Below are positions 8,593-18,902 of a stretch of 64,000 nt of DNA, piece by piece. Made by a program: the position numbers and the translations under genes. Position 1 is the stretch's first letter. Each line of letters begins with the position of its first letter. Source of the stretch: an uncultured Gemmatimonadales bacterium (GTDB lineage Bacteria > Gemmatimonadota > Gemmatimonadetes > Gemmatimonadales > Gemmatimonadaceae); NCBI GenBank assembly GCA_963851265.1, contig CAWKNZ010000007.1, positions 711,091-775,090 on the forward strand, given 5' to 3'. Under the pieces are notes generated by a model. It saw nothing but the letters and a program-made list of their open reading frames with translations, did not search any database and had not been told where the DNA came from.

Positions 8593-9564
8593 CTACTCCT
8601 CCGACTGCCGCCGGTCGGCCCCGCCGCGGTCCGCCTGCCGGCGGTCGCCGGAGTCTGCGGCGGCCACCGGAACTGCCGGCGCCGTGCGCGCCTCCGCGAG
8701 GTCGTCGGGCGTCGGCGCGGGGGCGTCGATCTCGGTCCGCGCGGCGTGCGCCGCGATCGTCGCCGCGAGCGCGTAGGGGGCCTCCTCCGGGACGAGCCGC
8801 CCGACTTTGGGAAACCGTTCGAGGCGGCTGCCCGGAATGGCCCGGAGCAGCTGCGCCGGCGTTCCCCGGTCGAGCCAGGGGTCGTCCTCACCCCACACCA
8901 CGAGTGTCGGGGCGGTGATCGAGGCGAGGTCGATCTCTTCGACTTCTTCTACCCGTAAGGAGCGCGCAAGATCGAGCAGGTGCGGCACGCCTTCCGACCC
9001 CACGAACGGCGCGAGGTAGCGCGCGACGAGTTTCTCGGGCATGTGCTCGGGGTTGGCCACCGAGCCGCGCAGGAGCGGCGCGAGCAGCGGCGCCGCGCCG
9101 AACACCCCGCGCCCCAGCCGGAACACGAACCGCGCGGTGTTGCGCTGCAGCGTGCGCACGTCCTCGCCCGGCACGTCGTCGAAGGCGACGGCGTTGACCA
9201 CCACCAGTCCGGCCACCCGGTCGGGGCGCGTCGCGGCGAGCCGCAGGGCGACCGCGCCGCCGATGTCGACGCCGACGACCAGCGCCCGCGCGACGCGCAG
9301 CACGGTGAGCGCCCGGTCGAGATACTCCGACTGTGCCGCGACCCCGAAGTCGGCCTCGAGCGGGCGGTCGCTCTCGCCGTGGCCGAGCAGGTCGATCGCG
9401 AACACCGTGTGCCGCGCGGCCGCGAGCGCCGGCGCCACGGCGCGCCACAGGAACGTCGAGGTGCCAAACCCGTGCAGCAGCACGATCGGCAGCCCACCCT
9501 GGCCGTAGCGTTCGACGTGGACCGAGCCCGGCCCAACGGGGATACGAAGATGGTCGGCGCGCAC
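8593..9564 (-). CDS. Alpha/beta fold hydrolase (epoxide hydrolase/dehalogenase-like)
   Basis: LLHGF, IDLLGHGES, GVDIGG nucleophile elbow and PTLVVWGEDD motifs. Confidence 0.85.
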   Translation of the reverse strand: MRADHLRIPVGPGSVHVERYGQGGLPIVLLHGFGTSTFLWRAVAPALAAARHTVFAIDLLGHGESDRPLEADFGVAAQSEYLDRALTVLRVARALVVGVDIGGAVALRLAATRPDRVAGLVVVNAVAFDDVPGEDVRTLQRNTARFVFRLGRGVFGAAPLLAPLLRGSVANPEHMPEKLVARYLAPFVGSEGVPHLLDLARSLRVEEVEEIDLASITAPTLVVWGEDDPWLDRGTPAQLLRAIPGSRLERFPKVGRLVPEEAPYALAATIAAHAARTEIDAPAPTPDDLAEARTAPAVPVAAADSGDRRQADRGGADRRQSEE

Positions 9565-9646
9565 GGCGCAAAGGTATGCGCATCGCATGCCGCTACGGCC
9601 ACGTCTAGCTTACGACCGGCGTCCCGCCGTCCATCACCGCCTCTCG

Positions 9647-9952
9647 ATGTCCGATTCCGACCAGACCTACGACGCCGGGCGCGCCCGCAACCTCGAAGCG
9701 CTCCTCGTCACCCTCGCCGACCGCATCCGGGCGCTCCACGGCGAGGGTGTCCTTCTGCGGCACGCGGGCGAACTCATGCGCCTCCTCGGCGACGTGCGCA
9801 GCGAGCTGTTTCACTACGAAGTGCGCGCGACCTACGACACGCCCGAGGTGGCCGAGAGCCGCCGGGTCGTGCGCGACGCCATCGACGCCCAGTCGGGTCC
9901 CACCTGGCAACCCTCCGAGTGGGCACCCGACGCACCCGAGGACCGCGAGTGA
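9647..9952 (+). CDS. Hypothetical protein
   Basis: ATG at 9647; stop overlaps the next start (GTGA). Confidence 0.7.
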   Translation: MSDSDQTYDAGRARNLEALLVTLADRIRALHGEGVLLRHAGELMRLLGDVRSELFHYEVRATYDTPEVAESRRVVRDAIDAQSGPTWQPSEWAPDAPEDRE

Positions 9953-10716
9953 CCGCCCCACGCCCCGCCGGCAAGACCGGCCCCAACGTCGTGCGCCAGA
10001 CCCGTGGCGGCTCCAGCCGCAAGGGCTTTTACGTGGTGCTCCTGCTGATCGCCGTCGTCGGCATCGCGGCAATCGCCACGGTGCTACAGCGGAGCAATGC
10101 GAGCGAGACCGCCCCGATCACCGTGCCGCCCCCCACGGCCGCGCTCGGCGCGCGGCCGGTCGGCTACACCCTCGGCAACGCCAACGCGCCGGTCGAGATC
10201 ATCGAGTTCGCCGACTTCGAATGCCCGATCTGCGGCCAGTTCGCGACGGTGAGCGAGCCCGACGTGCGCAAGCAGCTCATCGCCACCGGACTCGCGCGCT
10301 ATCGCCTGTACGACCTGCAGGTGAACACGGGGCACCACAACAGCCCGGCCGCCTCGCTCGCGGCCGCGTGCGCCGACGAGCAGGGCAAGTTCTGGCCGAT
10401 GCACGACCGGCTGTTCGAGGGGCAGAACGACTGGAACACCGAGGCCACGAGCGAGCCGCGCCCGGTCTTCGCCGGCTACGCGCAGCAGCTCGGCCTCGAC
10501 ATGACGCGCTGGAATCAGTGCTTCGACCAGCGCCGCCACCTCGAGCGCCTCGCCGCCAACCGGGCTGAGGCCGAGCGGGTCCATTTCCAGGGCACGCCCA
10601 ACTTCGTGATCGGTGACCGGCTCTACTCCAACCCGCTGACCTTCGACCAGATCAAGGCCGCGGTCGACTCGGCGCGCACGCGCGTCACCGCTACGCCGCC
10701 CGTCGCGGCGCAGTAA
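9949..10716 (+). CDS. DsbA/thioredoxin-fold protein with N-terminal membrane anchor
   Basis: EFADFECPIC CxxC motif, QGKFWPMHD and GTP cis-proline loop. Confidence 0.9.
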   Translation: MTAPRPAGKTGPNVVRQTRGGSSRKGFYVVLLLIAVVGIAAIATVLQRSNASETAPITVPPPTAALGARPVGYTLGNANAPVEIIEFADFECPICGQFATVSEPDVRKQLIATGLARYRLYDLQVNTGHHNSPAASLAAACADEQGKFWPMHDRLFEGQNDWNTEATSEPRPVFAGYAQQLGLDMTRWNQCFDQRRHLERLAANRAEAERVHFQGTPNFVIGDRLYSNPLTFDQIKAAVDSARTRVTATPPVAAQ

Positions 10717-10720
10717 GCCG

Positions 10721-10755
10721 GCGGGTCGTCCCGCGCACGGCGCGGGACGACCCGC
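10721..10755. terminator. 16-bp stem hairpin between convergent genes
   Basis: gcgggtcgtcccgcgc-acg-gcgcgggacgacccgc. Confidence 0.6.
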
Positions 10756-10773
10756 TCCGGGACGCGCGCCCGG

Positions 10774-11178
10774 CTACGCCCGCCGCCGCGCGTCCGCCGC
10801 GTCGTCCAACCGCAGTCGCGGTTTGGCGGACACCGATTCCACGCCGGCGTCCGCGGCCGTCCCGTTCTCCGCGCGCCCCTCGGCCCGCTGGCGCCGGCGG
10901 TAGGGCACGAGGTCCTGCCCAAGTACGACGAGTGCGCGAGTCGCGACCGTGCTCGCCAGCGGCTCCGGAATTCCCATCACGCGGATGTACGTGTCGATCG
11001 CCCGGTCGAACGTCATGTCCTCGGCCAGCGTGTCCATGAACATCAGCGCGTTGTCGACGTGCACGCGCACGATGGACTCCTCCGCCCGCGCCTGCGCCAA
11101 CCGGAGCCGCCGCTCGGCAGCCTCGGGAAGCTTGCGGGCGAAGATGGATTCGGGGAACAGATTGCCGAGCATGGCCAC
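10774..11178 (-). CDS. Hypothetical protein
   Basis: Protein-like ORF MLGNLFPESIFARKLPE... with host-like codon usage. Confidence 0.7.
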   Translation of the reverse strand: MAMLGNLFPESIFARKLPEAAERRLRLAQARAEESIVRVHVDNALMFMDTLAEDMTFDRAIDTYIRVMGIPEPLASTVATRALVVLGQDLVPYRRRQRAEGRAENGTAADAGVESVSAKPRLRLDDAADARRRA

Positions 11179-11336
11179 GAGCGAGGTCCTCGGGGGACGG
11201 GCGGGGACGGGCGGAGCGGGCGCGCGAAGCCCCCGCTCGCCAGGCGGACGAGACCGCAGCCGGCGAACGGGGGCAGGGAGCGTACCACAGAGACCCGCGG
11301 GCGGGTCGAGGGGTCACGAAAACGGCAGGGGCCGCC

Positions 11337-13316
11337 TCAGCTCTCCTGGCTTTCGTACTGCTCCTTGAGCGACGCGACCACGCCCGGGTCGGCGAGCGTC
11401 GTCGTGTCACCTAACGCACGCCCTTCGGCGATGTCGCGCAGCAGTCGACGCATGATCTTCCCCGATCGCGTCTTCGGCAGGTCGGCCGAGAAGAGGATGT
11501 CGTCGGGCTTGGCGATGGCGCCGATCTTCTCGCCCACGTGGTCGCGCAGCTCGTCGCGGAGCGCGCCGCTCTGCGTGAAGCCCGCTCGCAGCGTCACGAA
11601 CGCCGCGATCGCCTGGCCCTTGAGCGCGTGCGCCTTGCCCACCGCGGCCGCCTCTGCGACGGCCGGGTGGTCGACGAGCGCGCTCTCGACCTCCATCGTC
11701 CCGATGCGGTGGCCGGCCACGTTGAGCACGTCGTCCACCCGCCCGAGGATCCAGTAGTAGCCGTCGTCGTCGCGCTTGGCGCCGTCGCCGGCGAAGTAGA
11801 CGTCCGGGCGGTTGGGCCACTTCGTGAAGTAGGTGTCGACGTAGCGCTGGTCGTCGCCCCAGATGGTGCGCAGCATCGACGGCCACGGCTTCGTGATCGC
11901 GAGCAGGCCGCCCCCCTTCTCGATCTCCCTTCCCTCGGCGTCGAGGAGCGCGGCCGAGATTCCGGGGAAGGGCACCGTCGCGGAGCCCGGCTTCGTGGGC
12001 GTCACGCCCGGCAGCGGGGTGATCATGATCGCGCCCGTCTCGGTCTGCCACCACGTGTCGACGATCGGGCAGCGGCCGCGGCCGATGTGCTCCCGGTACC
12101 ACATCCACGCTTCGGGGTTGATCGGCTCGCCGACGCTGCCCAACAGCCGGAGCGTCGAGAGGTCGCGCCGCGCGGGGTACTCGGCCCCCCACTTCATGAA
12201 CGCGCGGATCGCCGTCGGCGCGGTGTAGAAGATCGTCACCCCGTAACGCTCGATCACGTCCCAGAAGCGGTCCTTGTCCGGCCAGTCGGGCGCGCCCTCG
12301 TAGAGCACGCACGTCGCCCCGTTGGCGAGCGGGCCGTAGACGATGTAGGAGTGGCCGGTGACCCAGCCCACGTCGGCGGTGCACCAGTAGACGTCCTCCT
12401 CCTTGAGGTCGAACACGTACTTGGTCGTGGCCGCCGCGCCGGTGAGGTAGCCGCCCGTCGTGTGCACGATCCCCTTCGGCTTGCCGGTCGTGCCCGAGGT
12501 GTAGAGGATGAACAGCAGGTCCTCCGCATCCATCGGCGTGGGCGCGCGGTAGAAGCCGCCGTCGGGCGCCTTCGCATCGTGCATGAGGCGGTGCCACCAG
12601 TGGTCGCGCCCTTCCTGGATCTCGGGGAACGCGAGGTCGCCCTGCGCTCCCGGGCGCCGCTGCACGACCACGACGTTCTCGATCGAGGGGCACTCCTCGA
12701 GCGCCTTGTCGGCGTTGCGCTTGAGAGGCACCACCTGTCCGCGCCGGTACCCGCGGTCGGCGGTGATGAGGAGCTTGCACTGCGAGTCGTTGATGCGGTC
12801 GCGCAGGCTCTCGGGGCTGAAGCCGCCGAAGACCACCGAGTGCACGGCGCCCACCCGCGCGCAGGCGAGCATCGCGACCACCGCCTCGACGATCATCGGC
12901 AGGTAGATGGCGACGCGGTCGCCCTTCTGCACGCCGAACCGGTCGAGCACGAGCGCGAACTTGTTGACCTCGCGGTAGAGGTCCCAGTAGGTGAGCGTGC
13001 GGCGGTCGCCGGGCTCGCCCTCGAAGATCAGCGCGGCCTTGTTGCGCCGCGGCCCCTGCACGTGCCGGTCGAGGCAGTTGGCGCTCGCGTTGAGCTGCCC
13101 GCCGACGAACCACTTCGCGTGCGGCGGCTGCCAGTCGAGCACCTGATCCCACGGCCGCATCCACTCCAGCTGGCCGGCCATCCGCGCCCAGAACGCCTCG
13201 GGGTCGCGCGCGCCCTCGGCGTGCAGCGCGTCGTCGGGGGCGAGTGCCGTCTGGCGGAACGCGGCGGGCGGCGGGAAGGAGCGAGTCTCCTGCAGCAGAA
13301 CGTCGAGGTCGGACAT
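11337..13316 (-). CDS. acs: Acetyl-CoA synthetase (AMP-forming)
   Basis: [25 protein letters not shown] and [12 protein letters not shown] motifs. Confidence 0.95.
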   Translation of the reverse strand: MSDLDVLLQETRSFPPPAAFRQTALAPDDALHAEGARDPEAFWARMAGQLEWMRPWDQVLDWQPPHAKWFVGGQLNASANCLDRHVQGPRRNKAALIFEGEPGDRRTLTYWDLYREVNKFALVLDRFGVQKGDRVAIYLPMIVEAVVAMLACARVGAVHSVVFGGFSPESLRDRINDSQCKLLITADRGYRRGQVVPLKRNADKALEECPSIENVVVVQRRPGAQGDLAFPEIQEGRDHWWHRLMHDAKAPDGGFYRAPTPMDAEDLLFILYTSGTTGKPKGIVHTTGGYLTGAAATTKYVFDLKEEDVYWCTADVGWVTGHSYIVYGPLANGATCVLYEGAPDWPDKDRFWDVIERYGVTIFYTAPTAIRAFMKWGAEYPARRDLSTLRLLGSVGEPINPEAWMWYREHIGRGRCPIVDTWWQTETGAIMITPLPGVTPTKPGSATVPFPGISAALLDAEGREIEKGGGLLAITKPWPSMLRTIWGDDQRYVDTYFTKWPNRPDVYFAGDGAKRDDDGYYWILGRVDDVLNVAGHRIGTMEVESALVDHPAVAEAAAVGKAHALKGQAIAAFVTLRAGFTQSGALRDELRDHVGEKIGAIAKPDDILFSADLPKTRSGKIMRRLLRDIAEGRALGDTTTLADPGVVASLKEQYESQES

Positions 13317-13504
13317 GGCGAGGGAGGAGAGCGGGTCGGGGGTGTCGACGTGAATCGCCCGGCGGACAGGGAGCGGTCGCGCCGGTGAACGTTACACCGG
13401 CGCGCGCGGACGATTCTGGCGCCCCGTCGGTACGTCACATACCGTGCGCGTGCCGCATCACGTGCGCCCCCCACGCGTCCCCGCCCACCTCCCCCTCGCC
13501 GGCC

Positions 13505-15172
13505 ATGGCCACCTACGCCCCCACCGCGCCGCTCGCGGCGCCCACGCGCGACGTCGCGATCAAGGACGTGCGCGGCGTCATCTTCGCCGCCTCGCTCGGC
13601 ACCGTGTTCGAGTGGTACGACTTCTACCTGTACGGCTCGCTCGCGGCGATCATCTCGAAGCAGTTCTTCTCGGGCGTCAACCCGACGGCCGGCTTCGTGT
13701 TCGCGCTGCTCGCCTTCGCCGCCGGCTTCGCCGTCCGCCCGTTCGGCGCGGTCGTCTTCGGCCGGCTCGGCGACCTCGTCGGGCGCAAGTACACGTTCCT
13801 GGTCACGATCCTCATCATGGGCTTCTCGACCTTCCTGGTCGGGGTGCTCCCGTCGTACGCGTCGATCGGCGTGATCGCGCCCATCGCGCTCGTCACCCTG
13901 CGGCTGCTGCAGGGCCTCGCGTTAGGCGGCGAGTACGGCGGCGCGGCGACGTACGTGGCCGAGCACGCGCCCAACGGGAAGCGCGGCAGCTACACGGCGT
14001 GGATCCAGACGACCGCGACGCTCGGCCTCTTCCTCTCGCTCCTCGTGATCCTCGGCTGCCGCGTCGTGCTCGGCACCGAGCAGTTCGAGGCCTGGGGCTG
14101 GCGCATCCCGTTCGCCGTCTCGCTCGTGCTGCTCGCGGTCTCGACGTGGATCCGGCTCCGCCTGGACGAGAGCCCGATGTTCCGGCAGATGAAGGCCGAG
14201 GGGAAGGGGTCGAAGTCGCCGCTCAAGGACTCGTTCGGCAACTGGGGCAACCTCAAGCTCGTGCTGCTCGCGCTGTTCGGGCTCGCGATGGGGCAGGCGG
14301 TGGTGTGGTATACCGGGCAGTTCTACGCGCTGTTCTTCCTGACCCAGATGCTGAAGGTGGACGCGCAGAGCGCGAACCTGATGGTCGCCGCGGCGCTCCT
14401 GCTCGCCACGCCGTTCTTCATCGTGATGGGCGCGCTGTCGGACCGGATCGGGCGCAAGCCGGTCATCCTCGGCGGGTGCCTCGTCGCCGCGCTCACGTAC
14501 TTCCCGCTGTTCAAGGCGCTCACCCACTACGCCAACCCCGCGCTCGAGCAGGCGCAGACGACCGCGCCGGTGACGGTCGTCGCCGACCCCAACGCGTGCT
14601 CGTTCCAGTTCGACCCGGTGGGTAAGGCCAAGTTCACGTCGAGCTGCGACGTGGCGAAGGCGGCGCTCGTCAAGGCGGGCGTGCCGTACGTGAACCAGGC
14701 CGCGGCGGCCGGCAGCGTCGCGCAGGTGACGGTGGGCAGCACCGCGCTGCCGTCGTACGACGGCAAGGCGCCCGACGCCAAGGCCCGCGGGGCCGCGTTC
14801 GACAAGGCGTTAGGCGGTGCGCTCAAGTCGGCGGGCTACCCGGCCAAGGCCGACCCCACGCGCGTCAACACGCCGATGGTCATCGCCGTGCTGTTCGTGC
14901 TCGTGCTCTACGTGACGATGGTCTACGGGCCGATCGCCGCGATGCTCGTCGAGATGTTCCCCACGCGCATCCGCTACACCTCGATGTCGCTCCCCTACCA
15001 CATCGGGAACGGCTGGTTCGGCGGCTTCCTGCCGACGACGGCGTTCGCGATCGTCGCCGCGACGGGCAACCTGTACTCGGGGCTCTGGTACCCGATCATC
15101 ATCGCGGCCATCACGGTCGTCATCGGCGCGCTGTTCGTGCGCGAGACGCGGACGGTCGACATCCGCGGCTGA
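13505..15172 (+). CDS. MFS transporter, metabolite:H+ symporter (MHS) family
   Basis: GTVFEWYDF, GDLVGRK, GGEYGGA and EMFPTRIRYT motifs; ATG at 13505. Confidence 0.9.
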   Translation: MATYAPTAPLAAPTRDVAIKDVRGVIFAASLGTVFEWYDFYLYGSLAAIISKQFFSGVNPTAGFVFALLAFAAGFAVRPFGAVVFGRLGDLVGRKYTFLVTILIMGFSTFLVGVLPSYASIGVIAPIALVTLRLLQGLALGGEYGGAATYVAEHAPNGKRGSYTAWIQTTATLGLFLSLLVILGCRVVLGTEQFEAWGWRIPFAVSLVLLAVSTWIRLRLDESPMFRQMKAEGKGSKSPLKDSFGNWGNLKLVLLALFGLAMGQAVVWYTGQFYALFFLTQMLKVDAQSANLMVAAALLLATPFFIVMGALSDRIGRKPVILGGCLVAALTYFPLFKALTHYANPALEQAQTTAPVTVVADPNACSFQFDPVGKAKFTSSCDVAKAALVKAGVPYVNQAAAAGSVAQVTVGSTALPSYDGKAPDAKARGAAFDKALGGALKSAGYPAKADPTRVNTPMVIAVLFVLVLYVTMVYGPIAAMLVEMFPTRIRYTSMSLPYHIGNGWFGGFLPTTAFAIVAATGNLYSGLWYPIIIAAITVVIGALFVRETRTVDIRG

Positions 15173-15182
15173 GCGCCTTGGA

Positions 15183-15214
15183 GGGACGGGGGCGCCGTGC
15201 GGCGCCCCCGTCCC
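15183..15214 (+). terminator. GC-rich hairpin after the MFS gene
   Basis: gggacgggggcgccg-tg-cggcgcccccgtccc. Confidence 0.55.
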
Positions 15215-15297
15215 CAGCACGCCGGGCCGCCGCCGGCGGCCTTGTCGGCGCGTGCGGGGCGCCGCATGTTCGCGCGACCCTCACCGGACCGCCCTTT

Positions 15298-16902
15298 ATG
15301 CGATACTCGCCTCCCTGGCCCGGCGCGGCAGTCCGCGCGGTGGCAACACTCGCGGCCGTCGGCCTGACGGCGATCGCGCCGCCTGCGCCGCTCGCCGCAC
15401 AGCCGGTACGGCTCGGCGAGGTGAGCTTCCCCGTGTCCGCGACCGGCGCCGCCGCGCGCGAGTTCCGCACGGGCGTGCTCTACCTGCATAGCTTCGAGTA
15501 CGATTCCGCCGCGGCCGCGTTCCGCCGCGCGCAGCAGCGCGCGCCGCACTTCGCGATGGCGTACTGGGGCGAGGCGATGACGTACACGCACCCGGTGTGG
15601 AACCAGCAGGACACGGCCGCCGCCCGCGCCGCGCTCGGCCGCCTCGCCCCGACCCGTGAGGCGCGGCGCGCGGCGGCGGACACCCCGCGCGAGCGCGACT
15701 ACCTCGACGCGGTCGAGGTGCTGTACGGTCCGGGCCCGAAGGCCGCGCGCGATACGGCGTACGCGGCGGCGATGGCGCGCGTGGCCGCCGCACACCCCGA
15801 AGACGCCGAGGCCCAGACGTTCTTCGCGCTCGCGCTGCTGGGGCTCAACCAGGGCGAGCGCGACGTGCCCACGTACATGCGCGCGGCCGCCATCGCCGGT
15901 CCGGTCTTCGCGGCCCATCCGACGCACCCGGGCGCGGCGCACTACCTCATCCACGCGTTCGACGACCCCGCCCACGCGCCGCTCGGGCTTCCCGCGGCGC
16001 GCGCCTACTCGGGCATCGCCCCCGACGCGCCGCACGCGCAGCACATGACGTCGCACATCTTCCTCGCGCTCGGCATGTGGGACGCGACGGTGCACGCCAA
16101 CGAGGTCGCGAGCACCTACCACGACTCGGCCGGGCGCTCCCTGCACCTCACCTGCGGACACTACGGCGAGTGGCTGCAGTACGCCTACCTGCAGCAGGGA
16201 CGTCCGAAGGCGGCCGCGAACGTCATGGCCGAATGCGGCGCCCAGATCCGCAACGCGCGGAACTCCCGCCCGCAGATGGGCCGGTCGTCGTTGGCGCACA
16301 TGCGCGCGGTTCAGATCGTCGACGGGATGGTCGACACCGCGCCCGCGGCCGGCGACTCGGCCGGACTGTCCGCGTACGGTCGCGCCTTCGTCGCGCTCGG
16401 CGACGCGCACGCCGCGGCGCATCGCGGCGACACGGCCACGCTGCGGACCGCCCGCGCCACGCTCGCCGGGCTGCCCGACGCACTGCCGTCCGGCTACGGC
16501 GAGATCGCGACGCGCCAGACCGACGGACTGCTCGCGCGCGCCACAGGGGATAGCGCCGCCGCGCTGGCCGCACTGCGCCGGGCCGCGGCCGTCGAAGACA
16601 GCCTGCCGGTGGAGTTCGGTCCGCCGCTCGTCGTCAAGCCCTCCCACGAGCTGCTCGGCGAGACGCTGCTCGCGCTCGGCCGCCCGGCGGACGCGCGCGT
16701 CGAGTTCGATCGCCAGCTCACCCGCACCCCGCGGCGCGCCGCGACGCTGCTCGACCTCGCGCGGGCGGCCCGCGCCGCCGGCGACCCGGCCCGCGCCGCG
16801 ACGGCGCTCGCCGAGCTCGCCGACGTGTCGCGGCACGCGGAGCCCGACGCGCCCGTGCGGGCCGCGCTCGCGGCGGGGGCGGGGCGTACGGCCGAGCGTT
16901 AG
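15298..16902 (+). CDS. Exported tetratricopeptide-repeat protein
   Basis: Signal peptide; LHSFEY, FAMAYWGEAM, HPGAAHYLIH and HAQHMTSHIF motifs; helical repeats. Confidence 0.8.
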   Translation: MRYSPPWPGAAVRAVATLAAVGLTAIAPPAPLAAQPVRLGEVSFPVSATGAAAREFRTGVLYLHSFEYDSAAAAFRRAQQRAPHFAMAYWGEAMTYTHPVWNQQDTAAARAALGRLAPTREARRAAADTPRERDYLDAVEVLYGPGPKAARDTAYAAAMARVAAAHPEDAEAQTFFALALLGLNQGERDVPTYMRAAAIAGPVFAAHPTHPGAAHYLIHAFDDPAHAPLGLPAARAYSGIAPDAPHAQHMTSHIFLALGMWDATVHANEVASTYHDSAGRSLHLTCGHYGEWLQYAYLQQGRPKAAANVMAECGAQIRNARNSRPQMGRSSLAHMRAVQIVDGMVDTAPAAGDSAGLSAYGRAFVALGDAHAAAHRGDTATLRTARATLAGLPDALPSGYGEIATRQTDGLLARATGDSAAALAALRRAAAVEDSLPVEFGPPLVVKPSHELLGETLLALGRPADARVEFDRQLTRTPRRAATLLDLARAARAAGDPARAATALAELADVSRHAEPDAPVRAALAAGAGRTAER

Positions 16903-16909
16903 GCGCGCG

Positions 16910-18865
16910 ATGGTGCCCGAACCCGCGTCGCCCACGCCGCCGCCCGCCGGCGCCGACCTCCGCACCCTCCTGGCCGGGGAGGCGCCGATCCCGGCCCCCG
17001 CGTGGCTCGCCGAGCGCGCCCCGGTGGACTACGACGCCGAGCGCGCGCGCGCGGCGGCCGACCCGGACGCGTTCTGGGCGGAGCAGGCCGGTGCCGTCGA
17101 GTGGGCCGCGCCGTGGCACACGGTGCGCCGCTTCGAGCCCCCCGAGCACGCGTGGTTCGAGGGCGGGCGCCTCAACGTGACCGTCAGCTGCCTCGACCGG
17201 CACGCCAGGGGCGAGCGGCGGACCAAGGCCGCGCTCATCTGGCTCTCCGAGGACGGCGACGAACGCACCTACACCTACGGCCGCCTGTACCGGGAGGTCA
17301 ACCGCTTCGCCAACGCGCTCGCGTCGTTAGGCGTGGGCGCGGGCGACCGCGTCGTCCTCTACATGCCCAACACGCCCGAGGGCGTGGTCGCGATGCTCGC
17401 CTGCGCGCGGCTGGGGGCGATCCACTCGGTCGTCTACGCGGGGATCGGCGCGGGCGCGCTGCGCGCGCGCATCGAGGACGCGGGCGCGAAGGCGGTGGTC
17501 TGCTCCGACTACACCTACCGGCGCGGCAAGCCGGTCCCGCTCAAGCCGATCGTCGACGAGGCCGTGCGCGGGCTGGCCTTCGTGGAGCACGTCGTCGTCC
17601 ACCGCCGCGGCTCGCGCCCGGGCGACGCGCCCGCGGGGTTCGCCCCGGCCGCGTTCAGCTCGGAGCGCGAGGTCGACTTCTACGACGTGCAGGCGCCGCA
17701 CGCGATCCGCCGCGAGCCCGCGATGGTCGACGCCGAACACCCGCTGTTCATCCTCTACACGTCGGGCACGACGGGGCGGCCCAAGGGCGTGGTGCACACC
17801 ACGGGCGGATACCTCGTCGGCGTGACCTACCTCGCGCGCGCCTTCCTCCAGCTGGGCGAGCGCGACGTCTACTACTGCACGTCCGACCTCGGCTGGGCCG
17901 TGGGGCACTCGTACATCGTGTACGGCCCGCTGTCGATCGGCGCGACGGTGGTCTTCCGCGAGGGCGCGCCCGACTGGCCCACCGCCGACGTGACGTGGGA
18001 GCTGGTCGAGCGCTTCGGCGTCGACGTGATGTTCACGGCGCCGACGGCGGTGCGCATGTGGATGAGCCACGGCGCGGAGGCGCCCGCCAAGTTCGACCTG
18101 TCGCGCCTGCGGCTGCTCGCCTGCGCCGGAGAGCCGCTCAACCCGGAGGCGCACCGCTGGGCGCAGCGGAACCTCGTGGGGCAGGGCGACGGCTTCGTCG
18201 TCGACAACTGGTGGCAGACCGAGATCGCCGCGCCGGTGCTCGCGACCTTCCCGGCGTTCGAGGCGCGGCCCGGGCGGGTGGGCAAGCCCGTGCCCGGGGC
18301 GGAGGTCGCGGTGGTCGACGCGGCGGGCCGGCCGCTGCCGCCCAACACGGGCGGACTGCTGGTACTCACGGCGCCGCTCCCGTGGATGCTGCGCACCATC
18401 TGGAACGACCACGCGCGCTACGCCGCGTACTGGCAGCAGATCCCGGGCGTCTACACGGCGGGCGACGTCGCGGTGATCGACGAGGACGGCTACGTCGCGG
18501 TGTTGGGCCGCGCGGACGACGTGCTCAACGTCGCGGGGCACCGCATCGGGACGGCCGACGTGGAGGGCTCGCTCCTGCGGCACCCCGCGGTGGCCGAGAG
18601 CGCCGTGGTCGGGCTGCCCGACCCGATCCGGGGGGAGCGGATCAAGGCGTTCGTGGTCGTGCGCGCGGGACACCCGGCCGGGCCGGCGCTGATCGCCTCG
18701 CTGAAGGACCACGTTAGGCAGGACCTCGGCCCGATCGCGCAGCCGAGCGAGGTCGAGGTGCGCGCGTCGCTGCCGAAGACCCGCTCGGGGAAGATCGTGC
18801 GGCGGATGCTGAAGGCGGAGGCGATGGGGGTGGACCCGGGGGACCTGAGCACGCTCGCGGATTGA
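16910..18865 (+). CDS. Second acetate/propionate--CoA ligase (Acs family)
   Basis: YTSGTTGRPKG, DNWWQTE and [12 protein letters not shown] motifs. Confidence 0.9.
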   Translation: MVPEPASPTPPPAGADLRTLLAGEAPIPAPAWLAERAPVDYDAERARAAADPDAFWAEQAGAVEWAAPWHTVRRFEPPEHAWFEGGRLNVTVSCLDRHARGERRTKAALIWLSEDGDERTYTYGRLYREVNRFANALASLGVGAGDRVVLYMPNTPEGVVAMLACARLGAIHSVVYAGIGAGALRARIEDAGAKAVVCSDYTYRRGKPVPLKPIVDEAVRGLAFVEHVVVHRRGSRPGDAPAGFAPAAFSSEREVDFYDVQAPHAIRREPAMVDAEHPLFILYTSGTTGRPKGVVHTTGGYLVGVTYLARAFLQLGERDVYYCTSDLGWAVGHSYIVYGPLSIGATVVFREGAPDWPTADVTWELVERFGVDVMFTAPTAVRMWMSHGAEAPAKFDLSRLRLLACAGEPLNPEAHRWAQRNLVGQGDGFVVDNWWQTEIAAPVLATFPAFEARPGRVGKPVPGAEVAVVDAAGRPLPPNTGGLLVLTAPLPWMLRTIWNDHARYAAYWQQIPGVYTAGDVAVIDEDGYVAVLGRADDVLNVAGHRIGTADVEGSLLRHPAVAESAVVGLPDPIRGERIKAFVVVRAGHPAGPALIASLKDHVRQDLGPIAQPSEVEVRASLPKTRSGKIVRRMLKAEAMGVDPGDLSTLAD

Positions 18866-18902
18866 GCGGGCGCGCCCGCGCAGCCCCGGTTAGCGTTCCC
18901 CC

